Of a DNA stretch of 64,000 nucleotides, positions 12,428 to 24,716 are shown piece by piece. The first letter of the stretch is position 1. Each line of letters begins with the position of its first letter. The translations under genes were made by a program, and so were the position numbers. The notes below the pieces were generated by a model that made no database searches, had not been told where the DNA came from, and saw only the letters and a program-made list of their open reading frames with translations. Source of the stretch: the human T2T-CHM13v2.0 reference genome, Homo sapiens; the NCBI RefSeq assembly GCF_009914755.1, contig NC_060932.1; one strand, written 5' to 3'.

Positions 12428-15400
12428 CATGAGTTATTATATATGCACACTTCTTTGCTTTGTCAGCTGAGAGGATCTAAAAAATGACTTCCTACTTGCA
12501 ACAAGCACACATATTGCCCCCATCTAGATTTTTTAATACCATTGTCCATTAAAACAAACCACAGTTCCTTGAAGAAATGGCTGATTTTAGAACGGGGGCA
12601 TAAAATATACTAGATGAGCTTTATAGTGTCAGAATTTAAGAAAATGCTCAACACACACACACGCACACACACAGAGACATTATGGGGTACATCAGAGGTG
12701 CAGAAGCCAACAGAGCAAGTGCCCAATGGCCAAAGCTGGAACAACCGGAGCAATAAAACAAGTGAAATTGCATTACATTATAACCAAAAGTGTAAAATAA
12801 ATAGCCATGAGTCCATGCTGATATAAATGATTGAATGAATTAATAAATGAGAGAAAAAAGAGCAATCTTCTATGCAGAGGAATTTGAAATCAATTATGAA
12901 ATCAATTACTCTACTGCATAAGGGGAATGTCATAACTTCTCACCCCTGAAGTGTGGGCTGAGCATAGTGACTTCCTTCCAAAAGGTACAATATGGAAAGG
13001 GAAGGGGGTGAGGGAGAGAGTAGCTTTACAGTGGAGCAATCTTACAAACATGCATCAGCCAGGCTATCAAGGTCAACAACAACATCACATATCATATTGA
13101 TACTATGTACTCTTGATATGATGTAATGAAAATGGCACTTCACCTCTGTGGTCCGTCTTCTAAAAATCCGTAATTCTAGTCTAATCATAAGAAAAACAAC
13201 AGATGAATTCCAGTAGTAAGGCATCCTACAAAATACCTGAAAGGTATACCCCAAAACCCTCAAGGTCATCAAATACAAAGAAAGTCAGAGAATGTGACAT
13301 CCAAGAGGATCCTAAGGAGACATGGCTATTAAATATAACATAGTATCTTGAATGAGACTGCAGAAAAGAAAAGAGAAACTGAATAAAGCTGAGACTTCAG
13401 TTAATAGTAATGTATCAATTTGAGTTAAGTATAACAAATGTATTCTATTAAGTAAAATGTGAGTAATAAGGAAAAGTGTATGGAGATGATATGGGAACTT
13501 TGTATCATCTGATACTTTTTTGTAAATCTAAAACCATCTTAAAGCTTATTAACATAGACTGTAAAGCAAATACATGACTAAGAATGTATTGTTTATCTGG
13601 TATGATTTGACACATAGCAGGTACTCGCCAATTTGATATCTAGTGGTTTGAATATCAGACAAGAACAACAGAATATCCTGAAAGGAGGATGAATATAGAT
13701 TCCAAAGTTAGCAAATTGTTGCCAACTCGAATTCAAGTATCGTTATCATACCTGAAGACTATATTATTCTATATTATTAATGGAATAGAGAGCTGTATTG
13801 TTTGATTTGCTGCTTAGTAAATATTAGTTTTTTTTCCAAATTGCTATTAATAACTCCCAAAGAAATGTTTTGTTGTTATTGTTGTTGCTATTGAGTAGTT
13901 CACCCTTTGAGTTATATTCAAAGAAAGCTTTCTTCATAAAAAGAAATTAAGGTGTTATTCTCAGGGCTTGAAAGTCCTAGAATAAACTGTATAGTCACCT
14001 AGAGATAATGTCACCTTTACATAATGGGTAGAGAAGTATCTATGTGTGGGAATTGGGGGTTAGAGAGAGGACTCTGAAGCACAGAGTGTGTTTCAAATAG
14101 GAGAACAAAATAGGAACCATTACAGTACTTATTTTAGCTAGTAAATGAATGTAAAAACCATTTTTTTCTATATGAGGAACCCCAGATATGCCAGTGATGA
14201 ATAGTTTACTTTCATCATCGAACATGACAGAAAGAGTCCACTCTATTAAAATCCTAATAATTTACTCTTTCTTAGGGAAAATATTGAGTGGAATCACATG
14301 AAAAGTTTGGATCAAATCACATCATTTGGCTCCTCAGAGATTTATTCTCAATTCTATATAGTTTCTTCAATGGAGTTGATATCTAATACCTGATATCTAT
14401 GAATGCTTGTAGAATATTTAAATTTTTCTTTATTATTCAAGAAGTTTTAGAATATCATTTATTGTGAAAACAAATGCATTTTGTTTATGATGTAATTAAT
14501 TTGTGCATGTATACAAGTTCGATTATGATAAAGTTCCATATGAAAAATACAACTGGTTGTGGCAGGGGAATAGGAAGAAAGAATACAATTTTAAAATACT
14601 CCTCCATTGAAAGCTAATTTCCTTTATAGATTATTTAAGAATCTGAAAAACGTTTAAAGTAGTAGTTCTTAGAAAATGTGTCAGCTTACCTAACAATATG
14701 AAAATAAGGTTAAATTATCATCCTATATTTAAAATAATTAATACTAGTTGACTCTTTAACTTAGAAGCACACTTACTAATTTGTGACTAACCTAGCATTT
14801 TTCACAAAATTAGCAGAGAATTTGTATCTGATGGGCTCTGAGTATCTTTTATCTTCAAGTGGATTTCACTGGGATCTCTAGCCACTTTATAGTGTGAATA
14901 ATAAGAACCAATTCTGGAATATTATCCTAAGATCATATATTTCTTTAATGGTCACTATGAAACAGTACCATTCACATCCAAGTCATAAATGTTGGCTGTT
15001 TCTGAATTTGTCTGCTTCACTGGGCAAAAATAGGAAGAGTGGAGAGATTCAGCAAGGCTTCTGTTCTTCAGAGATTAAAAAGACATGCTTTATTCTTTCT
15101 TTCGTTGAACCAAGAACATTCTATTTTTCTCATATCTTTACTTTTAATATGCTCAGAAAAATCATTTGGTCTTTTAAGAAAACTGAAATTCACTAAGCCA
15201 TAGTGTTTCTCTACCAACTTTTAATCATTCATATACATAAATGGAAATATATGTGAGATAGAGAAAGACCAAAGAGGCAGGTAGAAAGGGACTTCTACAG
15301 AGAGACACACCGAGGCAGAGAGACACACTGAGGCAGAGAGAAGAAAAGAGAGCCAGCTCTCTCTCTACTGCAGTCTTGACCTGCTTTGCATATTTGTGAA

Positions 15401-16099
15401 TGCAATACTATTGCTCATTGGCAACTTAAGTACGGGTAGCACCCTGCAACCTGCCATCACATCCACACTAGAAACATCTGATTAATGAATTATTGATCAT
15501 CCACTGCTTATCTAGGGCCATGCTGCCAATTACATGTAATACATAAGACATAAACCACATAACAAGGGACCAATGATCATATTGAGGATGTAACGCTTAT
15601 TTGCAAATACTATAACAAATAGTACATTATGGTATAATGAGAGCTACATGAATCTCCTTCTATGGTCTTTTTCACTGACTCCTCTTTCTGTTGTCTCTCT
15701 GGGATGCCGTGTATCTTTGTACTTTCCCCTCACCGCCATTTCTCTTTTCCTTCAAGTGTAAGTAAGTTCAATTAGTAATTTCAAAAGACTTGCCTACTTT
15801 AAATCCATCCTTGAGGCTAGGAAAGGGAGATACTGATGAGTCAGTGGTGGCTAATACTTCATTCCGCCTGGAAGCTAGTAGTAGGCAGCTCGATCTGAAC
15901 AAGAAAGGAACGGGGAGGATGGACCTTCAAACAAAATTAAGAGATTTTACTGAGGTTCTTGAGAGTAAATGTCGAGTAGTTTTAAAAATTCTCTTTCACA
16001 TAGTTTATTAGTCTGCATATGATTATTTTCTTCATAACTCATTTTTCACTGTTCTTTAAACACATAAATCTTCTAGATTTTCCACATCTCTATGCTCTC

Positions 16100-16560
16100 A
16101 TCCAGGGAAGGATTTTTGGGCAGTCTTTTTCTTCTACTTGAAATTATCTTCTCATCCCAATTCTCTGATTCCCCACCCGCTACTCTCCACTTTTCTCTCT
16201 GCATTATTCCTTCTCATTCTTTGGTACCAGATTAAAATAGTTTCTCAAAATCTGTTCTATTATTTGCACCTAATGAAGTTAAAATTCATACCATATTTTA
16301 TTATTTGATAGCACTGATACTTTCCTACAATATATCCATCACTGTGTTAATATGAATATATAATTTATGGCTATTGGTGGGATTATTTTAACGACTGCTG
16401 CCTCCACTATAATGTCATAAGCTTCATGAAAGCAAGAACTTTCTCTGTTTGGCTCACTGGTGTATCTTAAACTTGTAGAACAATGATTGCTACATAGGAA
16501 GTATGCACTTCATATTGTTGAAAGCATGCAAAAAATGAGTGAATAAATGGATGGGTAGTG
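16100..16560 (+). mobile_element. L2 3' region
   Basis: taagcttcatgaaagcaagaactttctctgtttggctcactggtgtatc..tgttgaa..gtgaataaatggatgg. Confidence 0.7.
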
Positions 16561-19500
16561 ATGCTGATTTTAATGAGAAAGTTAATATAATTTTTTGCAA
16601 ACTACATAATAGCCTTTTATAAATGTGAGACTTTTTTATTATTTTCATAATTATTATTAGCTGGGTAAAAATAAAGCTAACTCCAGGGCAAATCAACAAG
16701 TATTCAATAAAGTTCCAAGACTAACTAACAAGGTAAATCATTGTCATTACGACTTTGGCAAACCATGGGGAAAAAATGTAACTGTTAAAACTTTAAACTG
16801 TAGGGCTTTTTGTCGTTGTTTGTATTTTTTTAAATTGCTGTTTTAATGAAATAGCTCCAGGTAAAAGTAAGTTGAAGAAGAATCCTAGGAAATAGTTAAT
16901 AGAGAAATACAGATGCAGAATAGAAGAAACAGTCTCTAAATCAAGGTTGCACGCTGTCAGTGATAAAGGCTGCTTATTACTATGCCAGGCTTCCGACAAG
17001 CAACCTTAAACCAATCTACAACCAGTAATAGTCACTTGGCCTGATATTCCTCTCTAGAATTCTACTTCTTTTTTCTTCCATTTATTTTCTCATTCTTTAA
17101 TTTTTTAATATCTTTCCACAAACTACGACCCTACTACCTCCACTATGAAACCTAGTGAGGATGACATTAATTAATACCCCTTATGTTATCCCAATACTCC
17201 ACACTACCTCTTACACTGTATCTTGTACTGTTTTCTTGGTATCCAAATCTCATTCCCATGTTGCTGGTTTCACTCTTATTCTGTCTTGCATATTCTTAAA
17301 TTGGCAGTAGTTGTATAACCATTTCACTATAGCTGTGCTAAACACTACAGAGTTTATATTATACTAAACTCACTTATACCTTTAAGCCCTCATCTTCAGA
17401 TGTTACCATATGATTACTTTGTATTCTTCTACTCAAATTACTGATGGCATGTATTTTATTGTTTTAACCATAACATATATTTTAAAACTATACTTTATAT
17501 TTTTGATATTTATTGGTGTGAAAATTGGCATTTTTACAGTTCTGTTTCAATGCATCGTGATTTTTTGTGACATTGAAATAAGCATTAGAGTGTGCAAGGC
17601 ACAGTAATGAGACCCAGGAGAGCTGGATTCTCAGGAGCTCCTCCCACCAGCTGCAGGGCAGAGGAGGAGCCATTTAAATCTCGTGGCTCTCTACTTTATT
17701 TCACTTAAACCAGGGATTTAGGCTAAATGTTCATGAAAGCCTTCCTGCTCCAATGCTCAATGATCCCACGTTTGCTGTGCCTTCAGTAGGGAGGCTTCTA
17801 TACAAGACAGAATACTTCCAGACTAAGTTGATTTGACATTTGGGTATTGTTATTTCTGCCTTGGCATAGAAGACTATATTCTCTCTTTATAGAAACATGG
17901 TTAATTGGACCCTGCTTTCCCAAACCTTGGTATAAGTAGAGATAGTGGCACATGAGGGCAATTAGGCAGATGAACTTTTAAATTTTTAATTTAATTTTTT
18001 TTATTTTAAAGTGTACGTACTATATATATATAAATTGTCATATCAAGCTTCTAATTTTATACATACTGATATTTAGGTTGAGGCCAGATTTACTTAAGAT
18101 TAAAAAGTGAGTAAATCTAAAGAAAATTATTGTGTAAGTGTAGTTTTTATTTAACCCAGGTGATACTTATAGCAAAAGCTATGAAGGGTATTCGCAAAAA
18201 CTTGAAGGCTTGGAGTCACCAGCTAAATCAATCCTAAAAGGTTTAAACTCGACCTTGACCTGTTGGCTTTTTGCAACAGCCTTATACTTTTCTTCTCCAG
18301 TCCTATAGTGCTGCTTTCCAAAGTTTCAGAGACAATATTTACTCTTTTGTGTTGTTTGATCTTTCACTGAGACATAGAAGAGTTTGTTGATGATGTTTGT
18401 TTTGACTATTTGTATGTTTGATTTCATCATTATTAAAATCCTTGCTAGCTTTGCTTCATTGGAGAATACAACATACATAGGCCCTTCAACATTAATGGGT
18501 TTTCTACTCTACTGAATTTTATTGTGACTTTGCCCTATCTCTAAAAATTGATCTGACAGCATAGGCAACACCACCACACAGGAACTGACAGTCAGTGACA
18601 GTTACTGGGAGGAAGACGGGGCAATGGCATGTAGTATTAAATAGGAATGTTTTCAGAAATGCATCTGCAAGGCTACAAAAGGCCTTATTGTTTTAGGAAA
18701 CATAGCTTCATTAATAGACAGGGAGTTCAAAGCTGAATTCAGCAATACTTTGAAAAATTCAAGTTCTCTTCATTAAATTGTTTGTATCCAAGTTATAAAG
18801 AATTTTTTCAAGGGCCATTTCACTGCATCTCTTGGAGATAGGGTAACTGAAATTCATTATCTTCTCAGCCATATTCTCAGACTAACTTTAATCAAAGGGA
18901 GTTTTATACTGAAGACATACAATTTCTATTTAATTAGATGGGCTAAGGCATATAGATGAGCTAATATTTCTGGAGGCATCTCTAAGGCTTTTTATAAGGG
19001 CCATTGTGTTTTACAGTGTCACAGAAAAAAAGGAAGTTAAATCATGATTTTTACTAGGGCTGTAGAAAAAAAAAAAAAGCAATTGCCTTGCATTGTAAAC
19101 AGGATTATTCAAACTCCTGCCTTAAGCAAAAAGTATAAGGTCAGCTTTTAATCAGGTTATTACATAAAAGTTCAATATTTTCTCAGTTTTTAGAAGATGG
19201 CTATCTAATGAATTTGGCAGGCAAATTTAAGCATAATATCCAGATACTCAAGGAGTATTGTGAAGCAAAAGAACCAATCTGATTTCTGGCAGTTGAAGAC
19301 ATTTTAGTTATGTCATCTGGGTTTCTCAGTTTTTACACATGGATTTTACCTATTTAGTGTTCTCTGTTAAAGTAATCTCAGTAGTGAAGGATGTAAATAA
19401 TACTAAATCAATACTGAACATAGTTTAATAAATGAAGCTCTCTGCTTTCACTCTGGTCCTTATAGTATTTCTCAAACAACTTTCTGGAGTTTTGAAAATG

Positions 19501-20029
19501 TCATACAATTACTGTAATGTGAGTGATACAAGCAGAAATATACATTAGTGTTTGATGTAGATGATACCTGTTCTGCAATCTATCTTGATATTTTAATCTA
19601 GCTATTATGCTAATCAAAAATCATTTTGAATTTCTCTCTGACTTTAAAAGTTATTAGAATAAACACAAAGTAATGTGTATATATAGGAGACCAATTGAAC
19701 CTTTGCTTAAAGTTTCTTTAAATTTGCCCTAAAATATCTTATCTCTCTTTATTCTTCTTTTTTATATCTGACGTATATATATATATATGTATATATATAT
19801 ATACAATTTGTTTTTGATTTTTGGGAAGTCAAATGCAATATCTCTGGTAGCTACAGTAGTCTTTGTTGTACTCTCATGCTCAACTTTGTTTTAACTTTTT
19901 TACAGATAAACCTTTTCTCTTTTAGTCTAATTTAACTTAAAAAAAGGTGGAATCTTTGCTAGGAAAAAGCGATTTGCTTTTTCTTACTCATTTCTAAGAC
20001 AAAATGTGAAGGAAAAGTCAATGTGCTAC

Positions 20030-22690
20030 ATTAGTCAATAAATCAATTAGGATTTACTGAGCACTTAGTATGTGCCAATAACCATGCTGCAGGAAACATA
20101 TACAAAACTTTCAGCAGCCAAGCTACTTTTCAGCTTGAGATATAGCAATAAAATATAATAAGGCAAATGGAGAATATACTAAAATAATTTATTACTGAGA
20201 ATTAGATTACTGGAGAAAAGTGGGGTAAGCTTTGAAATTAAGAATATAAGAGTAAGATAAAGACAGGTGGAGGGTAAATTGCGTGGGGGCATGAAAGATG
20301 CAAGGAAACTGAGGGAAAATAAAAGAAGAGCCAAGATTTCTCCCAGTGAGGAGAGTAGAGCTGGTTTAGGAGCAGCTCACGTGCTGATAAGTCGCAGTTG
20401 AGTAAATGAAAATAAACGTAAACTCTAGCCTCATGTCAGAAGAACTGTGAAACTATCAAGAGGTAGTTTTCACTGGATTTTGAGTTTATTTCCACTTGAT
20501 GGTGCTATTTTGTTATTCAAGATCAAATATCTAAAATTAATTGATTACATTTAAAAATAAACTTTCCAGAGTTAATTTTGTCATTTCACAAATAACATAA
20601 ATATTAATGCCAATTTGTTGACAAACCCATTTGAATACTTAAAACTACGAAAATAATATAATAAAGGAGATACCAATTTAAGTACGACTGGATGAAATAT
20701 ACAATATAGATTTACTATGAACCATTTGTGACATCTACATGCAATTGTTCTTAAAATAAACCTGTGACTTTTGCTATATTTTGTCATAAAAAATTACCTT
20801 TTTCTCATATTTTTTCTTTTAAATCAGAAACATCAGTATTGTTTTCCATGTAGAAAAACAGAGTTTTAACAACTGCTATGGATGCTAGCAGCTGACAGAT
20901 TCATTCAGTTTATCATCTTAAATGGCAAATGATCCTTATTCTTGTTTATATTTTTAATTTAGTTTGTCTTGTACCCAAAATATACATGATCATATTTGAA
21001 AGTTCAGAAAATTCAAGGAGTATAAAGGAACAGAAAAATCATAACACATCATTTATTGATTTATTTTCCAAATATTTACCAACCCTCTACTCAGTTAGAA
21101 CTCGCAATTTAACAGTGAATCAGATACCATAGCTGACCTTAAGGCTTCCAACGTTTAGCAGAGGAGACAAACATGTAAGTTGGCATTTCAAAACAGAATA
21201 CTATGGATGCTACAAAATCACAGAATGCCGTGTAAGCTGGACAGAAGAAAGGTTTTCCCCAGAATGCAACATAAAATCTGAATCTTAGCAGTTCTTTTTT
21301 TTTCCCCCTTCTTTCCATTGTCAGTTTGTAGAAAGAAGAGAGTCTAATATGTATTTTTGTTTGTTTGTTTGTTTGTTTGTTTTGAGACGGAGTTTCACTC
21401 TTGTTGCCCAGGCTGTAGTGCGATGGCGCAATCTCGGCTCGCTGCAACCTCTGACTCCTGGGTTCAAGAGATTCTCCTGCCTCAGCCTGTGCAGTAGCTA
21501 CGTTTGCAGGCATGTGCCACCACGTCTGGCTAATTTTGTAGTTTTAGTAGAGATGGGGTTTCTCCATGCTGGTCAGGCTAGTCTCGAACTCCAACCTCAG
21601 GTGATCCACCCACCTCGGCCTCCCAAAGTGCTGGGATTACAGGTGTGAGCCACCGTGCCTGGCCCAAATATGTGTTTTGATTGAAAGCCAGATGGGAGAA
21701 AATATTTCAAGATAGGTGATTGGAGTCCGGAGCTTGGGGTATAAAGAGAAACTCTAGTGAAGAGATTGGTCATGAATAGTTAGAGGGAGAGTCCCTTCTT
21801 TCTCTGAGACTGATAATCATTCTTTCTTTACGTTGTAGAAGGACCACAGAAAATGATGGAGATAGATATTGAGTAGTACTCCTTGAGACAAGTAATAAAG
21901 ACTTGAAGTAGTCATTGAAAGGAAGCAGGAGAGGAGTTGATCAAGGATTACTACAAAAAATTAGCCTCGGCAGTTGAGGGTCTAACTGAGATTTTTAAAA
22001 GGTGAATTTGCAGGCTTCCTGATCATCATTGTTTTTGTGAATCAGTAAAAGAGGAACATATCTGGCATTTAAAATCTGATAGCAATTACTGTTATCATAG
22101 TAGTATTCATCCACTGTTGGTTTCTATTGAGTTAACACAAAAGTATGCAGATGGCAGAGAGTGGAAAAGTGCTGTCAAGTTTATTTTTCTCAAATATAAA
22201 TTGGAATCAGAGTGGAAGCACTGACTGTCTACCTTATTTTTAAATTGTTACTCTAGAATTGTAAGAGCTATGATACTCTTTAAGGGAATCTTCTCCTTTA
22301 TACATATTTCTTCATAACACCATCTCCCAAGAATGTTTCTAATGTCTTTTGGCCTCAACTCTGCATCTTCAAAATCTATCCATCATCAAGGCTAAACTTA
22401 AATGTTATCTCCTGCATGAAACATCTTTTATTTGAACTCTCATTTTAGACAAAAAAAAAACTTTCCTTCATGGAAAAATTCAGTATTTTGTTACACGTGT
22501 CAGTTTCATGATAGAAGATGCTATTGAAATTAGTAGTTGGCAGACTTAATTTCCTCTATAACCTACAAAAATATTTAGAATTGAGTGCAGCTCCTCCAGA
22601 TTCATACTGCCCAGCACATGCCTTGTACACAGCAGGAGCTCCTAAATCCATCCATAACTTAAAAAAATGTGAACTGATCAAATTAAATAA
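20030..22690. mobile_element. Scattered L2 fragments (minus at ~20030-20400 and ~21045-22040; plus at ~22330-22690)
   Basis: L2 3'-end motifs (atttactgagcacttagtatgtgcca; acagtgaatcagata; ccagcacatgccttgtacacagcaggagctc). Confidence 0.55.
21354..21664 (-). mobile_element. AluSp-like with (AAAC)n tail
   Basis: tttcactcttgttgcccagg, tttctccatgctggtcagg; degenerate TSD aatatgtatttt/aatatgtgtttt. Confidence 0.92.
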
Positions 22691-24531
22691 TCAACTTTTT
22701 TGATTTCTAAAAATATTGGAGACACTGGCAATGGGTCAAATGGAAATTTGGCTTCGACTAGAGGTGTTATGTTGTAGTGGAAGACATTTTGAAATGCTGT
22801 ATCAATTTCCAACTGTTGTCACCGTGAAAAGTACAGTTGTCAATTTATTCTGTAGTTTGTTTATACTTTGCCATTTTTCAGGTTTTGAGAAAGTTTGATT
22901 ATAATTTTGTGTATAGGAAGTATATCCAATGAACATTTATTAACTCATTGCATTTAAAATGCAAGAAGATTGGTATCCTCACTGAACAAGTTAAACATCT
23001 ATCCTAAGCCTATTACAAGCTTTCTCTTGGCACTGAATCTGTCAAAATGAACTGTGCTTTTTAATTCTTGTTCACATCTCTAGGACTAATCTGTAATTTC
23101 ATACAAAACCTGGTAAGTTAGTTCTGATCTATTTCCAATTGATTTACTTTTCTCCTTGATAGCTTCCTTGTAATGAGTGTTTTAATTTATATCAAATTTG
23201 AACATTTGGTCCAATAAATGCATTTTATTTTTTTTTATTTGAAAGAGCTCTAAGAAAATTTTATTTAAAAAAGTTGATTTTAACCACATTTTACTAATGC
23301 AAAATAGAATTTAAACACAACTTCATATATGCCATTAGACAAAATTTTTTTTTCATTTTATCTTTTCAGTATTATCTCTGGATTGTAATTTTACCTCAAG
23401 TATCATAAAATCTGTAGTCTTTGTGTTTCTGCTTGGTGTCCACAACTGGAGCCAATACTTCCAATGTGTTAGTCACATATACTACAATAAAATAAGCAAA
23501 CTATTGAAAGCAACAGGGATATTTCAAATAATCACCATGACATAATGGAAGATTTGTTTGGGTAAATTGGCACAGCATTCACCAGTTCTGTTTATATTAT
23601 TTGCCTGCTGATTTTGTTCCTGAATTTCTTATTGTTTAATATATAGCAACAAGCTCAGGAACCTGCAGACACATTCAAAATCAAGCAGGCCTCCAACTAC
23701 AGAAAAGCAATTTGTTTGAATTTTCTTAATTCAAATAAAAATTTCTGTTTTTCAGTTTTTCAAAGTGTATGGCACAGCATGCCCAATTTTTACAAAATTT
23801 CATCCAAGTAGTGTTGCAGTAGCAATGTTGATTTTTCAAACAAGATTGCTCTGAGGAGGAAAAAAAAAATAAAGCCGCAGCATTCATTTCTTTGGGACAG
23901 GCCTTGAAAACAAGCATCTTCTCCCAGACCACACCAGGTGGGTTCCGCTCTGCTCTCCAGAGGAGCAGCAGCATAACCTAGTGGATAGACCCCACACCAG
24001 GGCTCGAAGATGAAAGTTCTTAAGTCCAATCGTGAGCCTACTAATCACTCACTCAGGCTGTGTTGCTAGTACAGGGAGAAACAACGAAGCAATGTAATCA
24101 ACTCCCTGAGAGAGAAGGAAAGAATGGGGACTTGGCATCAAGAAGATCATAACACTTAATAAAGCCGTTTGTGTTTTTTGCATAATCAAGTGAAAGTATA
24201 CATGTAGTCATATTCCAAGTACTTGCTTCTAGTCTCAAATAAATGATAAAATACTGTTCACATTTACATATGAAACTTCAAACTCTGCATAAAAGGTGCA
24301 TATAGGTTTAAATAAATGCTTTTGTCTCAGTAGCTCATGTCAAATAGATGACTTTGAATTTTATTTTAAAGTGTTTATTTAAAACATGATATATATGTGT
24401 GTGTGTCTGTGTTTGTTTATATATAATGTATATTTATTATATAAAAGCAAAGATCCACTTCAAGTCACATGGTACATTTTCGTAAATGTAAACCTTCTCA
24501 TGTTTTATGGTATTATATAAGAAATGTACTT

Positions 24532-24716
24532 TAGTGGGGTGGGGGGAGGGGGGAGGGATAGCATTAGGAGATATACCTAATACTAAATGATGAGTTAATG
24601 GTTGCAGCACACCAACATGGCACATGTATACATATGTAACAAACTTGCACGTTGTGCACATGTACCCTAAAACTTAAAGTATAATAATAATAAAATTAAA
24701 AAAATAAAATAAAATA
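24532..24716 (+). mobile_element. 5'-truncated L1PA4-like 3' end with G-tract and A-rich tail
   Basis: gtggggtggggggaggggggagggatagcattaggagatatacctaat...taccctaaaacttaaagtataataa. Confidence 0.92.

Larger units (their letters stand above)
10968..13550 (+). mobile_element. L1MC/L1MD ORF2 end and long 3'UTR, interrupted by Alu and THE1
   Basis: ttggacttcattaaatttaaaaacttctgctctgtgaagacact; ccttgaagaaatggctgattttagaac; terminal ttttgtaaatctaaaac. Confidence 0.8.

Noticed and set aside
15298-15341. 20-bp tandem duplication agagacacac(c/t)gaggcagag
   Set aside because: Ordinary slippage duplication
20795-20900. Minus-strand donor AAG|GTAATT with upstream ATG (MENNTDVSDLKEKI)
   Set aside because: ORF stops before the donor and the acceptor is weak
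24536-24557. G-quadruplex-forming tract
   Set aside because: Standard L1PA 3'UTR G-tract
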